DNA from: an uncultured Alphaproteobacteria bacterium | GTDB taxonomy: Bacteria; Pseudomonadota; Alphaproteobacteria; UBA3830; CAYLKK01 | Direction of reading: 5' to 3' | Length of the DNA: 64,000 nt | NCBI GenBank assembly: GCA_964566185.1 | Contig: CAZMHS010000001.1 | Span: forward strand, 13,662-77,661 | Shown: one piece after another, positions 31,101 to 39,978 of the stretch | Position numbering within the stretch: the stretch's first letter is position 1 | Layout: every line of letters starts with the position of its first letter | Notes under the pieces: model-generated | What the model was told of the DNA's origin: nothing | The model's database searches: none | The model's input: the letters and a program-made list of their open reading frames with translations, nothing else | Program-made: the position numbers and the translations under genes

Positions 31101-31251
31101 CGCTGGTGCTGCAAGTCGGCATTCTTTAGGAACAGGTATCGTTAGCGGAATGCTTGGTGCTACTTTCATCGCTGTTTTGTTCGTGCCTCTATTCTTCGTG
31201 TTTGTGTCGTACGTTACAGAGCGAGTTTTTAATAAGCAAAAGGAGAAGTAG
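28126..31251 (+). CDS. RND multidrug efflux permease (AcrB/MexB family)
   Basis: [44 protein letters not shown] is the N-terminus. It has 12-TM architecture and conserved VVDDAIVVIENVER and [14 protein letters not shown] blocks. Confidence 0.95.
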   Translation: [1041 protein letters not shown]

Positions 31252-31253
31252 GT

Positions 31254-32651
31254 ATGTGCAGGTTGTGTTGTGTTTTTATTATTAGCTTATTAGGCGGTTG
31301 TTCGTTGGCTCCAAAGTATAATAAGCCATCGTTAGACATTCCTGAAATATCGTCGCCAGATTTTGTCGCATTAGCTGCGGATAGACAGTGGTGGCGGACA
31401 TTTAAGGATGATGTTCTTAATGAGTTGGAGGACGCTGCAATTAAAAACAATCATGACATGATTATTGCTGTAAAAAACGTAGAAGAAGCTGCTGCCGCTT
31501 TAAACGTAGCTTATGCAAGCTTATTTCCGAGTGTATCTGCTAAGTCATCTGGAAATAAGTATTATTTGTCAACTGACGGTGTGAACGGTACGCGAGGTGC
31601 TGGAAAACGTGGTGTTGTCGATTATGCCTTTAATCTTAATATGGCATATGAATTAGATATTTTTGGAAGAAACAGAAATAATTCTGATGTAAAATATAAT
31701 CAAATGCTTGCGACTAGGGCTGCTCAGGAGTCAGTATTTTTAAGTTTGACTTCTTCTGTAGCAAAAGCATATTTTTCTTTGCTAAGTATTGCTGAGCAGG
31801 TGAGAATTGCTGAAAAGACTCTTGCTAGTCGGCAAAAGACGTACGATATGTTTTTGCACAGATTTAAAAATGGTGTATGTAAAGAATTAGATTTGCGACG
31901 AGTTGAGGCTGAGAAATTAGGTATATTAGCAAAATTGCATTCTTTGAATTCAGCTATGCATGTTGCGCAAACAGCCTTGTCGTTATTAACAGGAGCTTCT
32001 CCTAAGGACATTATTGAAAAGTACGTGAAGTGTCGAAGTATTTTTAAGGTAAAGCTGTTACAACATTCGTTTGATACGATTGATTCTAATGTTTTGTTAA
32101 TGCGTCCTGACATATCTGCTGCTGAATATGAATTAAAGGCAGCTAATGCCAATATTGGATTAGCTAGAGCGGCCTTCTTCCCATCTATATTACTTACTGG
32201 TAGTGCTGGTAATGAAAGTTCTAATCTAGCAAGCTTGTTCAGTGGAGCTACTGATGTGTTTAATTTCGGCGGGAGTGTTTCTTTGCCTTTGTTCTCTGGT
32301 GGAAAACTTATTGCCGATGAAAAAATAGCAAAAATTCGGTATGAAAAAGCTGTAGAAAATTATAAAAAGACTGTAAAATCAGCGTTTAAAGATGCCTGGG
32401 ACGCGATTAATGTTTACAATAATAGCAAAGTAGCATTGACTGCTGTGTGTGATGAGGAAAAAGCAATCAAACGTGGATATGATTTGGCTCAGAATCAAGA
32501 AAAGGAAGGTTTGATAGGTTTAGTTGACCTTTTGGATGTAGAGCGTTTGTTGCTGTCTGTTCAGATGGATCATGTGTGTGCGGTAGAAAATGCTTTGATT
32601 TCAGCTGTGAACTTGTTTAAGGCCATAGGTTGTGGAACAGGACGTCAATAA
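31254..32651 (+). CDS. RND efflux outer-membrane factor lipoprotein (NodT/OprM family)
   Basis: It has a lipobox (LLGGCSLAPKY) and the duplicated OEP repeat architecture (FPSVSA..., FFPSILLTGSAG). It lies directly downstream of the RND pump. Confidence 0.9.
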   Translation: MCRLCCVFIISLLGGCSLAPKYNKPSLDIPEISSPDFVALAADRQWWRTFKDDVLNELEDAAIKNNHDMIIAVKNVEEAAAALNVAYASLFPSVSAKSSGNKYYLSTDGVNGTRGAGKRGVVDYAFNLNMAYELDIFGRNRNNSDVKYNQMLATRAAQESVFLSLTSSVAKAYFSLLSIAEQVRIAEKTLASRQKTYDMFLHRFKNGVCKELDLRRVEAEKLGILAKLHSLNSAMHVAQTALSLLTGASPKDIIEKYVKCRSIFKVKLLQHSFDTIDSNVLLMRPDISAAEYELKAANANIGLARAAFFPSILLTGSAGNESSNLASLFSGATDVFNFGGSVSLPLFSGGKLIADEKIAKIRYEKAVENYKKTVKSAFKDAWDAINVYNNSKVALTAVCDEEKAIKRGYDLAQNQEKEGLIGLVDLLDVERLLLSVQMDHVCAVENALISAVNLFKAIGCGTGRQ

Positions 32652-33366
32652 TATTATATGCATGAAGTGGGGAACAAAGTTTGGCCCTGAATATGTAAAT
32701 CGCCTGTTTAGAATGGTTAAACGTAATGTTACGGTTCCTTATAGGTTTGTTTGTTTCACTGATAATTCTAGTGGTATTGATTACAGGATAGAGACAAAAT
32801 CTCTACCAGCGTTTATAGAGCTTGATAAAAATGCTCCTGAGCGTGGATGGCGCAAGTTGTCTGTTCTTCGCGCTAACTTAGGCGATTTAACCGGAAAAGC
32901 ATTATTTTTAGATTTAGATATAGTTATACGCAATAATATCGATTGCTTCTTTCAGAAGAATGGTAAGTTCCTAATAGTAAAAGATTGGGATTTTCCCAAT
33001 GATATTATTGGAAATTCTTCTGTTTTTCGGTTTGAAATAGGTTCTTTAAGCGATGTCTTAGATGAATTTGAAAGAAATAGCTCAGAGATATTTGAAAAGT
33101 ACAGGAATGAACAGGCGTACTTATCTTATGCTGTACATAGAATGGGATTTTTACGGTACTGGGATGATGGGTGGTGCGTTAGTTTTAAGCGCAACTGTTT
33201 GCGAAACTGGCCTGTATGTTATTTTAAAACAGCTGTAGATCCGGAGATGGCTAGAATTATTGTTTTTCACGGTAAGCCAACACCTGATCAGGCGTATAAA
33301 GGATATGTCGGAAAGTACGGCTTTCGTTATGTAAAAGCTACAAAGTGGCTAGCTAAGTACTGGTGA
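32632..33366 (+). CDS. putative glycosyltransferase (GT-A-like, DxD)
   Basis: The N-terminal IICMKWGTKFGPEYVNRLFRMVKRNVT.PYRFVCFTD pattern and the DxD-type LFLDLDIV motif are present. The GTG start overlaps the stop of the preceding gene. The family assignment is uncertain. Confidence 0.5.
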   Translation: MEQDVNNIICMKWGTKFGPEYVNRLFRMVKRNVTVPYRFVCFTDNSSGIDYRIETKSLPAFIELDKNAPERGWRKLSVLRANLGDLTGKALFLDLDIVIRNNIDCFFQKNGKFLIVKDWDFPNDIIGNSSVFRFEIGSLSDVLDEFERNSSEIFEKYRNEQAYLSYAVHRMGFLRYWDDGWCVSFKRNCLRNWPVCYFKTAVDPEMARIIVFHGKPTPDQAYKGYVGKYGFRYVKATKWLAKYW

Positions 33367-33367
33367 T

Positions 33368-34276
33368 ATGGTATTAGATATAGATCAACATTATATTTTC
33401 TTTTTGTTTGGAATTCGTTTGTTTAGTATAAAACATAGGCATACTAACGTGTTTCCAGAAATAAAAAGCAGTGGAGTAACAGATACAAAAAGGAATGTAA
33501 TGGTTGTAGCGTCAATGACGTCGTATCCAGAGCGGATAAGTTTTGCTACGTTAGCATTGAAAACTGTGCTTTCTCAAACTATGAAGCCTGATATTGTTGT
33601 TTTATGGTTAGCTGAAAGTCAATTTTTAAATAAGGAGAAAGACCTTCCTCGTGAATTATTAGAACTAACGGAATATGGGCTTACGATAAGATGGTGCGAA
33701 GATATAGGTTCTTACAAAAAATTGATCCCATCGCTTAAATGCTATCCAAACGATATAATTATTACGTTAGATGATGATATTTGTTATGCGCATGATACTA
33801 TTGAATCTTTATATAGTTCATATCAAAAAAATCCTACAAATGTGCATGCTCATAGGTGCGGAAAGGTATGTATACGTAATGATCGCATTATAAATATTCC
33901 GACATGTTATTTGTATAAAGAAAAATTTAATGGAGCTAGCTTCCATTATAGATTGACAGGACATGCTGGAGTTTTGTACCCACCAAATGTTTTTACTAAA
34001 GATGTATTTGATGGGTTCTACGAAAAACTGCCTACTCATGATGATGTTTGGTTTTGGGCAATGCTGGTAAAGAATAAAATTAAGATTCGTCAGGTTAAGG
34101 GATATACAGAGTCAGTCTATCCCATCGATGGATCTCAAATATTTGGCCTATGTAAAAAAAATAATAGTAAATCTAAAGTAGGAATGTCACTTGATAGAGC
34201 ATATCAAGTGATTGTTGATCATTATCCAGATGTCATGCAATTTCTTTTAGACGAGGGCATATATGATGAGATTTGA
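33368..34276 (+). CDS. putative LPS/polysaccharide glycosyltransferase (GT-A-like, DDD motif)
   Basis: SMTSYPERISFATLALKTVLSQTMKPDIVVLWLAESQF...LP.ELLEL and IIITLDDDICY resemble the common TSYP.R / DDD glycosyltransferase family. An alternative start is ATG 33500. Confidence 0.55.
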   Translation: MVLDIDQHYIFFLFGIRLFSIKHRHTNVFPEIKSSGVTDTKRNVMVVASMTSYPERISFATLALKTVLSQTMKPDIVVLWLAESQFLNKEKDLPRELLELTEYGLTIRWCEDIGSYKKLIPSLKCYPNDIIITLDDDICYAHDTIESLYSSYQKNPTNVHAHRCGKVCIRNDRIINIPTCYLYKEKFNGASFHYRLTGHAGVLYPPNVFTKDVFDGFYEKLPTHDDVWFWAMLVKNKIKIRQVKGYTESVYPIDGSQIFGLCKKNNSKSKVGMSLDRAYQVIVDHYPDVMQFLLDEGIYDEI

Positions 34277-35819
34277 AAATATTGTTGGGCTAGATCGAAA
34301 GGTGCTAACTTTACTGCTTTTCATAATGTTCCCTGTGTGTGTTGATTGTATCACAGTTTATTGCCTTCAGATTGCATACGGGTATAGCGCTCTTGTATTT
34401 TCTATTGTTAAGATTTTCGTTTATTGTGTACTATTTTTAGCTGTAAAGAATATACGTGTTTGCGCTTTCTTATATATAGCATTAGTTTATTTTCCTTCAT
34501 TAGTGAATGTATTACACATGATGATCCTGAGAGCTGAGATAAACGCATATTCAATATATTTAGCTTTCATTTCACCTCATGACGAAGTATGCGAATTTGT
34601 AACTAGTTTCCTTAACTGGAAAATCATATTAGTTTCTATGATGTATGTATTAATCAGTACACTGTTTGTCGCGTTTGTAAATGCTACATACAAAAATATA
34701 TGTATTGTTTCGTCGGAGGAAATGCGCTTTTCTTGTGCGTTATTTTTCTCAAGTGTGTATATATGTATTGCATTTGGTAATGAAAACTACTCAAATTCGA
34801 TAGACAAAATTATACGGGCTATATACGAGTATAATCGTGACAAGATACGGAATTCTCGCATACTTGCGGAACGAAAACAGATAAATTACGGTAAAATTTT
34901 AAGTAAAGTAAAAGAAGATAAGCCACAGACATATATCGTTATTTTTGGAGAATCAGTGGACAGAAAACATATGAGTTTATACGGGTATTATCGTACTACT
35001 ACACCATATTTTGATTCTATAAAAGATAAGTTAGTTATTTTTAAAAATGTTCATTCTGCATATGCTAGCACTATTTTAGCGTTAAAATGGTCTCTTGCAT
35101 TTAATGGTGACTTATATAACGGAGATATCGTTTCTTTTTTAAATGCTGCTGGATTTAAAACATTTTGGATCTCAAATCAGTATGTTATAGAAAAGGATAA
35201 CGGCATTTTTAGTATTGTTGCTCGATTAACGAACGGTTTTTCTATTTTTAAAAACGCAGCACACCAGAGAGGTTGTCGCTCTTCAACATACGATGAATGT
35301 TTAGTTCCGTATATTGAAAAAGCTGTTAACGACGAGCATAGTAAAAAGGTGATTTTTATACATTTGTTAGGTTCTCATCAGAAATACAAAATGAGGTATC
35401 CTGCACACTTTGATGTATTCTCAGAGTCTAAAATGTCAGCAAGGTCTTTAAGTGTCGCGCACTACGATAACAGTATAAGGTATACAGATTATGTATTGAA
35501 ATCTATAATTGATATTCTTCAGAAACGTATAGGTGAGATTATAGGTATGGTTTATTTCTCTGATCATGGTGAAGATTGCTATGAAAATCCTCATAGTATT
35601 CATGACCATTGTGAGGGTGTTAACTGTCAGCATATGTATGACATTCCAATGATAGTTTGGGGGAACGAAGAATACATAAAATTAAAAGATTTGAAAAAAT
35701 GTGATACAAGTGTAGAATATTCTACGAAGAATATGATCCACTCTTTGTTAGATTTCTTTGGATTAGAAAATAAGTTTATAGATCATAAAAAAAGTCTATT
35801 TTATGAAAAAGTTGATTAA
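34263..35819 (+). CDS. phosphoethanolamine transferase (sulfatase-fold, CptA/EptC-like)
   Basis: A polytopic N-terminal membrane domain is followed by the sulfatase core IVIFGESVDRKHMSLYGYYRTTTPYFD...HLLGSH..Y..RYP...YDNSIRYTDY...YFSDHGE. Confidence 0.8.
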   Translation: MMRFENIVGLDRKVLTLLLFIMFPVCVDCITVYCLQIAYGYSALVFSIVKIFVYCVLFLAVKNIRVCAFLYIALVYFPSLVNVLHMMILRAEINAYSIYLAFISPHDEVCEFVTSFLNWKIILVSMMYVLISTLFVAFVNATYKNICIVSSEEMRFSCALFFSSVYICIAFGNENYSNSIDKIIRAIYEYNRDKIRNSRILAERKQINYGKILSKVKEDKPQTYIVIFGESVDRKHMSLYGYYRTTTPYFDSIKDKLVIFKNVHSAYASTILALKWSLAFNGDLYNGDIVSFLNAAGFKTFWISNQYVIEKDNGIFSIVARLTNGFSIFKNAAHQRGCRSSTYDECLVPYIEKAVNDEHSKKVIFIHLLGSHQKYKMRYPAHFDVFSESKMSARSLSVAHYDNSIRYTDYVLKSIIDILQKRIGEIIGMVYFSDHGEDCYENPHSIHDHCEGVNCQHMYDIPMIVWGNEEYIKLKDLKKCDTSVEYSTKNMIHSLLDFFGLENKFIDHKKSLFYEKVD

Positions 35820-36129
35820 CGCGTATATTTATTCTATATCAGGTATTAGGTTTTTACTGAAAGAAAGAGCTTTTTCTCAAGAACTGGTTGTCGGTATATT
35901 CGTATTGTTGTTTATTCATTTTGTCGACAACTGCAGAACGTATGTTTTTTCAGCATATATGTTAGTATTAGTGGTAGAAGCGGTTAATACAAGTATCGAA
36001 CGAGTTGTCGATCGCATATCTAAGGATGCTCATCCATTATCAAGAGAGGTAAAAGATATTTCCAGTGCCGCTGTTTTTATTTCGATAATTAATCTTGTTA
36101 TATCGATTTTTTGTGCGGCACTAAGTTAG
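35803..36129 (+). CDS. dgkA: diacylglycerol kinase
   Basis: It is a 108-aa three-TM protein with INAYIYSISGIRFLLKERAFSQEL and EAVNTSIERVVDRIS...HPLSREVKDISSAAV, the DgkA signature. It overlaps the end of the transferase gene. Confidence 0.85.
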   Translation: MKKLINAYIYSISGIRFLLKERAFSQELVVGIFVLLFIHFVDNCRTYVFSAYMLVLVVEAVNTSIERVVDRISKDAHPLSREVKDISSAAVFISIINLVISIFCAALS

Positions 36130-36140
36130 TTTATAAAGTT

Positions 36141-37625
36141 CTACACTATTATATATAATTTTACAAGCGAATCGGGCTTATTTACTAGGTGTTTCGTATA
36201 TGCATTAAATATTTCTCTTATACTTGTCTGATTCAGCTCATTGTTTTTTATATTTAGTAACAATTGGTGTTTTCTATTATCATACGGAAAGTTCTCTATA
36301 TTTTTTAATATAACATCTTTTTCTATTTTACAACTTTGTAATGATAGACTGATCATATTATGGCAATTATTGATAATTTCTCCTATGTCTGTAATTTTGT
36401 TTCCATCGAGATTTACCATCTTGAGGTTTTGCTGTTTACTAAGCGCAGAAATAATCTGACCTGCTGTTTCTTGCGATAAGTCACAGCCGATTGCGCTGAA
36501 TTCATTCAACTTTAGCGGTTCTATCGACGCAGCTAATATTTCAGCTGCAGCCTTTGTAATATTTTTTATAAAATTTAATTTCAAAATTTTTAATTCAGGT
36601 TTATTAATTAGCCCATCTTTGAAGATCTTTTCAATACTAGCATCTGATAAATTACAGCCGCTGATATCAAGCTCTGTTAGATTAGTTTGCTGACTTAAGA
36701 ATAAAGACAACGCACCGGCTGCTGTGAATATTCCGCTATTGTCATATAAGTTCATATCTAGGTCTATTTTTGCTGTTCTTAGCTTTTTTATTGAGCTATT
36801 TTCAAAAAATGCTTTTACATCATCGCATGGAATATTTCCAAACGATACGGCGATAGACTCTAGTTGATCTGCTTCAGCTAACGCTTCAGAAATTATGCTT
36901 AATGCTCCTTTCTCAGCTTTTTTGATAGTCATATATAGTGTTTTTATATGTTTGTTTGTTTTTGTCAGAAGTTCTGCAATATTTTTCGCATCATCTATCG
37001 TAAGTGATGGTACTCTAAAACATAATAAATTTAATTCAGAACATTTTTCTTTTATGCCATTTATAAATGCTTGTGGAAAAGATAGTTCTTTATCTGACAG
37101 CGTTAACGCTAGACTACGCAATTGTTTTCCGCCACTAAGCAGTCTAACAAGTCCTTCGCTGTTATCGTATATTCCAGAACAGTTATTAAATATAATATCT
37201 TTAATATGTAGTTGATAGATACCACTTACTTCTAATGCTTGGATATCGTTTTGCGAAAAATTCATATTTTCGAACACTAAGCTCTCTGCATTTTTATATT
37301 GTGTGCATGAATTCATCCCCAATAATTGACTTAATGTTTCTGTTGGTTGTGTCGTAAAATATCTTGTAGTATCTTCATATTCTAATGTTTTTTCAAACGT
37401 TCTTGTTTTTAGATTCTGCACGTATTTTATCGTCCTAACGTCTTCAGCTGCGGCTTCTGCTGATAATTTATTAGAGTTTTGTTCTAGCGTACTGGTGTTT
37501 GTACCTGCAGTCTGCGCAGTAGGGTTACTTTCCTGTATTGATTCTTTCGACGAACCATTTGATGCATTTGCATTAATAACAGGTATAGTCGTTGAGAGTA
37601 AACAGCAAAGACAACGTAATAACAT
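36141..37625 (-). CDS. secreted leucine-rich-repeat protein (ribonuclease-inhibitor/NLR-type LRR)
   Basis: ATG 37625 (with GGAG 8 nt upstream) gives the signal peptide MLLRCLCCLLSTTIPVINANA. A low-complexity S/T/N/Q linker follows, then repeated units of about 28 aa (L.EL.ISGCNLSDASIEKI..., LK.VNLDGNKITDIGEI..., L..L.L..C.I). The track ORF starts at TTG 37649. Confidence 0.8.
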   Translation of the reverse strand: MLLRCLCCLLSTTIPVINANASNGSSKESIQESNPTAQTAGTNTSTLEQNSNKLSAEAAAEDVRTIKYVQNLKTRTFEKTLEYEDTTRYFTTQPTETLSQLLGMNSCTQYKNAESLVFENMNFSQNDIQALEVSGIYQLHIKDIIFNNCSGIYDNSEGLVRLLSGGKQLRSLALTLSDKELSFPQAFINGIKEKCSELNLLCFRVPSLTIDDAKNIAELLTKTNKHIKTLYMTIKKAEKGALSIISEALAEADQLESIAVSFGNIPCDDVKAFFENSSIKKLRTAKIDLDMNLYDNSGIFTAAGALSLFLSQQTNLTELDISGCNLSDASIEKIFKDGLINKPELKILKLNFIKNITKAAAEILAASIEPLKLNEFSAIGCDLSQETAGQIISALSKQQNLKMVNLDGNKITDIGEIINNCHNMISLSLQSCKIEKDVILKNIENFPYDNRKHQLLLNIKNNELNQTSIREIFNAYTKHLVNKPDSLVKLYIIV

Positions 37626-37692
37626 TATACATACTCCAAAACATTTCAAAACATATTATGGCATAAAATAGTAAATATTTGATTAAATATAA

Positions 37693-38496
37693 CTATAGGA
37701 TATTAGCTAATTGTATAAATTTATTGATGTCTAGCTGCTCTGCTCTTGCATCTGGTCGTATATTCAGTCGTTCAAATATATCGAGGATATTTTCACTCCC
37801 GTATTCTCTAGCAAGTGCCTTCACTAATTGCTTTCTGCGATTAGCAAATGCGATCGTCGTTAATTTATTCATTTTACTAAAATCTGCATCTACGTTTTGT
37901 TTCGGAGTAAATAGTAAAACAGATGACAGAACCTTCGGTGGAGGTGTAAAACAATTAGGTGAGAGTGTAATACATTTTTTTATGTCAGATTTTAACTGTG
38001 ATAATACGGATAATCTTCCGTATGTTTTTGTGTCGTAATGGGATATAATTCTATCTGCAAGTTCTTTTTGAAACATTAGAACTAATTTCTTGTATCTTTC
38101 AAAATTCGGTAGAAGTTTGATTAGTATCTTAGATGAAACGTTGTACGGTAGGTTAGAAATAATAACATCGATCTCTAATTGATCGAAATCTACCGCCAAT
38201 ACGTCTTTATGTATAACGTGTAGATTACTCTCTTGTTCTTTTATGTCGTTCCATACTTGCGCCCAATTGTCGTCTAACTCTATTACAGTAAGACGGTTTG
38301 GCCTTCTTTTTAAAATCTCTAACGTTAGCCCTCCTGGACCTGGACCTATTTCTAGCACATTAAAATTAGATATGTCGCCAGCGAAATTGACAATATTGCA
38401 ATTTATGTCTGAAGAGAAAATATAATTTTGGCCAAGAGCTTTCTTTGCGTTACAGGTATATTTCGTAAAAATATCCTTTGCTGTAAGCGAGATCAT
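37693..38496 (-). CDS. rsmA: 16S rRNA (adenine1518-N6/adenine1519-N6)-dimethyltransferase RsmA/KsgA
   Basis: KALGQNYIFSSDI, the SAM motif VLEIGPGPGGLT and ISNLPYNVSS are present. Confidence 0.95.
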   Translation of the reverse strand: MISLTAKDIFTKYTCNAKKALGQNYIFSSDINCNIVNFAGDISNFNVLEIGPGPGGLTLEILKRRPNRLTVIELDDNWAQVWNDIKEQESNLHVIHKDVLAVDFDQLEIDVIISNLPYNVSSKILIKLLPNFERYKKLVLMFQKELADRIISHYDTKTYGRLSVLSQLKSDIKKCITLSPNCFTPPPKVLSSVLLFTPKQNVDADFSKMNKLTTIAFANRRKQLVKALAREYGSENILDIFERLNIRPDARAEQLDINKFIQLANIL

Positions 38497-39800
38497 TTCT
38501 TCTCTACGTTTATACTACGTCTGGCGATGTTTAAATCCAGTGAAGAAAGCTGCATTACTTGATCAAAAAACATTTTGTTTTTTATGTCATCTTTTATCGG
38601 CATATCTATTTTTACTTTTTGTTTCTTGACGATACATGCGCAAAAAACTTCTGACTCATTCCATGCAACAGTCGTAATACCATTTTTAGCATTATTAAGA
38701 AGATGCTTCAACTGTGGTTCAATATATTTCGAATGCAATGTTATAGCCGGTGTAATAGACATGTTTTTACTTTTTGCTTTACTGAGCATGTCTGCCGCAT
38801 TGCGCGAACCATCAGCTAACTTTTTCAGAGCTTCTAACTTTGCAGAAATTTCATTTTGGCTATTAGAAGTTCCAATTTTATCTGATACGTAATGCACGGT
38901 TAACAGTTCACCATTGTCATCTTTTGCTGATATGCTTTGGTTAAGACGTAGTACTGAAAAACCGTGATGAGTTTGTATGACTTTGATATCTCCGGCTTTC
39001 ATTGTTTTTATCGCGTCATTTTCCTCTTTAAATGGTAGCTGTCCTTCAGAGATTAAACCCAAGCTTCCGCTATACACATTCCATGCATTAATCGAAAATT
39101 GACGGATAATATCTTGGAAATTCACGCCTGCTTGAATCAATGAAACTACAGCATCTACAGTTTTCTTCGCAGAATCCTTTTCTGTCTCCGATGAAAAGTT
39201 AACGTAAAAGCGATCTACATTATACGCCCGTTTTTGCAACATCTTGCATATTTTTTTGTGCTCTCGTTGTATCTCCTCTTCTGATAGACTCACGCGTTCG
39301 CTATATCTAGCAAAAGTATAAGCCTCCCAAGTAAGTCTGGCATATATCTGATCTAGTAGAGTCTTTTTGTTCACACCTAGTTGTGATAGATATTGTTCGA
39401 ATCCTTTAGGTGACATTTCATTAGCTTCAGCAAGCTGATTGAAGCTTTTTGATACATCATCAAATGATACTAACTCTTTATTACGAGCAAGCTTTTTTGC
39501 GTACATTACTTTCAATTTCTCTTCTATCAATGAATCCAATGTCATTTGATAAAGAAACTTATATAAATTATTAGGTAAATGATGTCTTACTCGCATTGTT
39601 ACAAGGGATACTCGTTCTCTAACATCCTTGTCTGTTATACACTCTAATCCAACAATAGCTGCCGTGGTTGTCAACGAATTCTTATCGATAACGAGCTGTT
39701 TTTTTCGATCTGATTTAATCGCACTAACATACACCACCGTGTTGACGCATAACATGCAAACTAAGCATGCCAACAACCGCGTATGTCTGCAACTCTCCAT
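38493..39800 (-). CDS. surA: periplasmic chaperone / peptidyl-prolyl isomerase SurA-like
   Basis: It has a signal-anchor N-terminus, a SurA-N-like helical region and one parvulin-like domain (SGSLGLISEGQLPFKE...AGDIKVIQTHHGFSVLRL). It is directly upstream of rsmA and overlaps it, as in the surA-(pdxA)-rsmA operon. Confidence 0.75.
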   Translation of the reverse strand: MESCRHTRLLACLVCMLCVNTVVYVSAIKSDRKKQLVIDKNSLTTTAAIVGLECITDKDVRERVSLVTMRVRHHLPNNLYKFLYQMTLDSLIEEKLKVMYAKKLARNKELVSFDDVSKSFNQLAEANEMSPKGFEQYLSQLGVNKKTLLDQIYARLTWEAYTFARYSERVSLSEEEIQREHKKICKMLQKRAYNVDRFYVNFSSETEKDSAKKTVDAVVSLIQAGVNFQDIIRQFSINAWNVYSGSLGLISEGQLPFKEENDAIKTMKAGDIKVIQTHHGFSVLRLNQSISAKDDNGELLTVHYVSDKIGTSNSQNEISAKLEALKKLADGSRNAADMLSKAKSKNMSITPAITLHSKYIEPQLKHLLNNAKNGITTVAWNESEVFCACIVKKQKVKIDMPIKDDIKNKMFFDQVMQLSSLDLNIARRSINVEKK

Positions 39801-39966
39801 TTACTGCCCGCTAAAAACCATCGTAATCATATTGTATTACTTTTGAAAAGTCAATATTTTTGAAGTGACACATATTTTTGATGCGGCTATGCAGTTTTTC
39901 AAAAAATATCGAAAAATATTTAAATTTTTATATATTCAGACTCGTTTAGTAGGGTAAACGGGGCTG

Positions 39967-39978
39967 ATTGTATACAAT
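39967..39978. promoter_or_regulatory. 12-bp perfect palindrome ATTGTATACAAT (second copy)
   Basis: It is identical to 3778-3789 and sits at the same distance from the downstream ATG. Confidence 0.3.
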
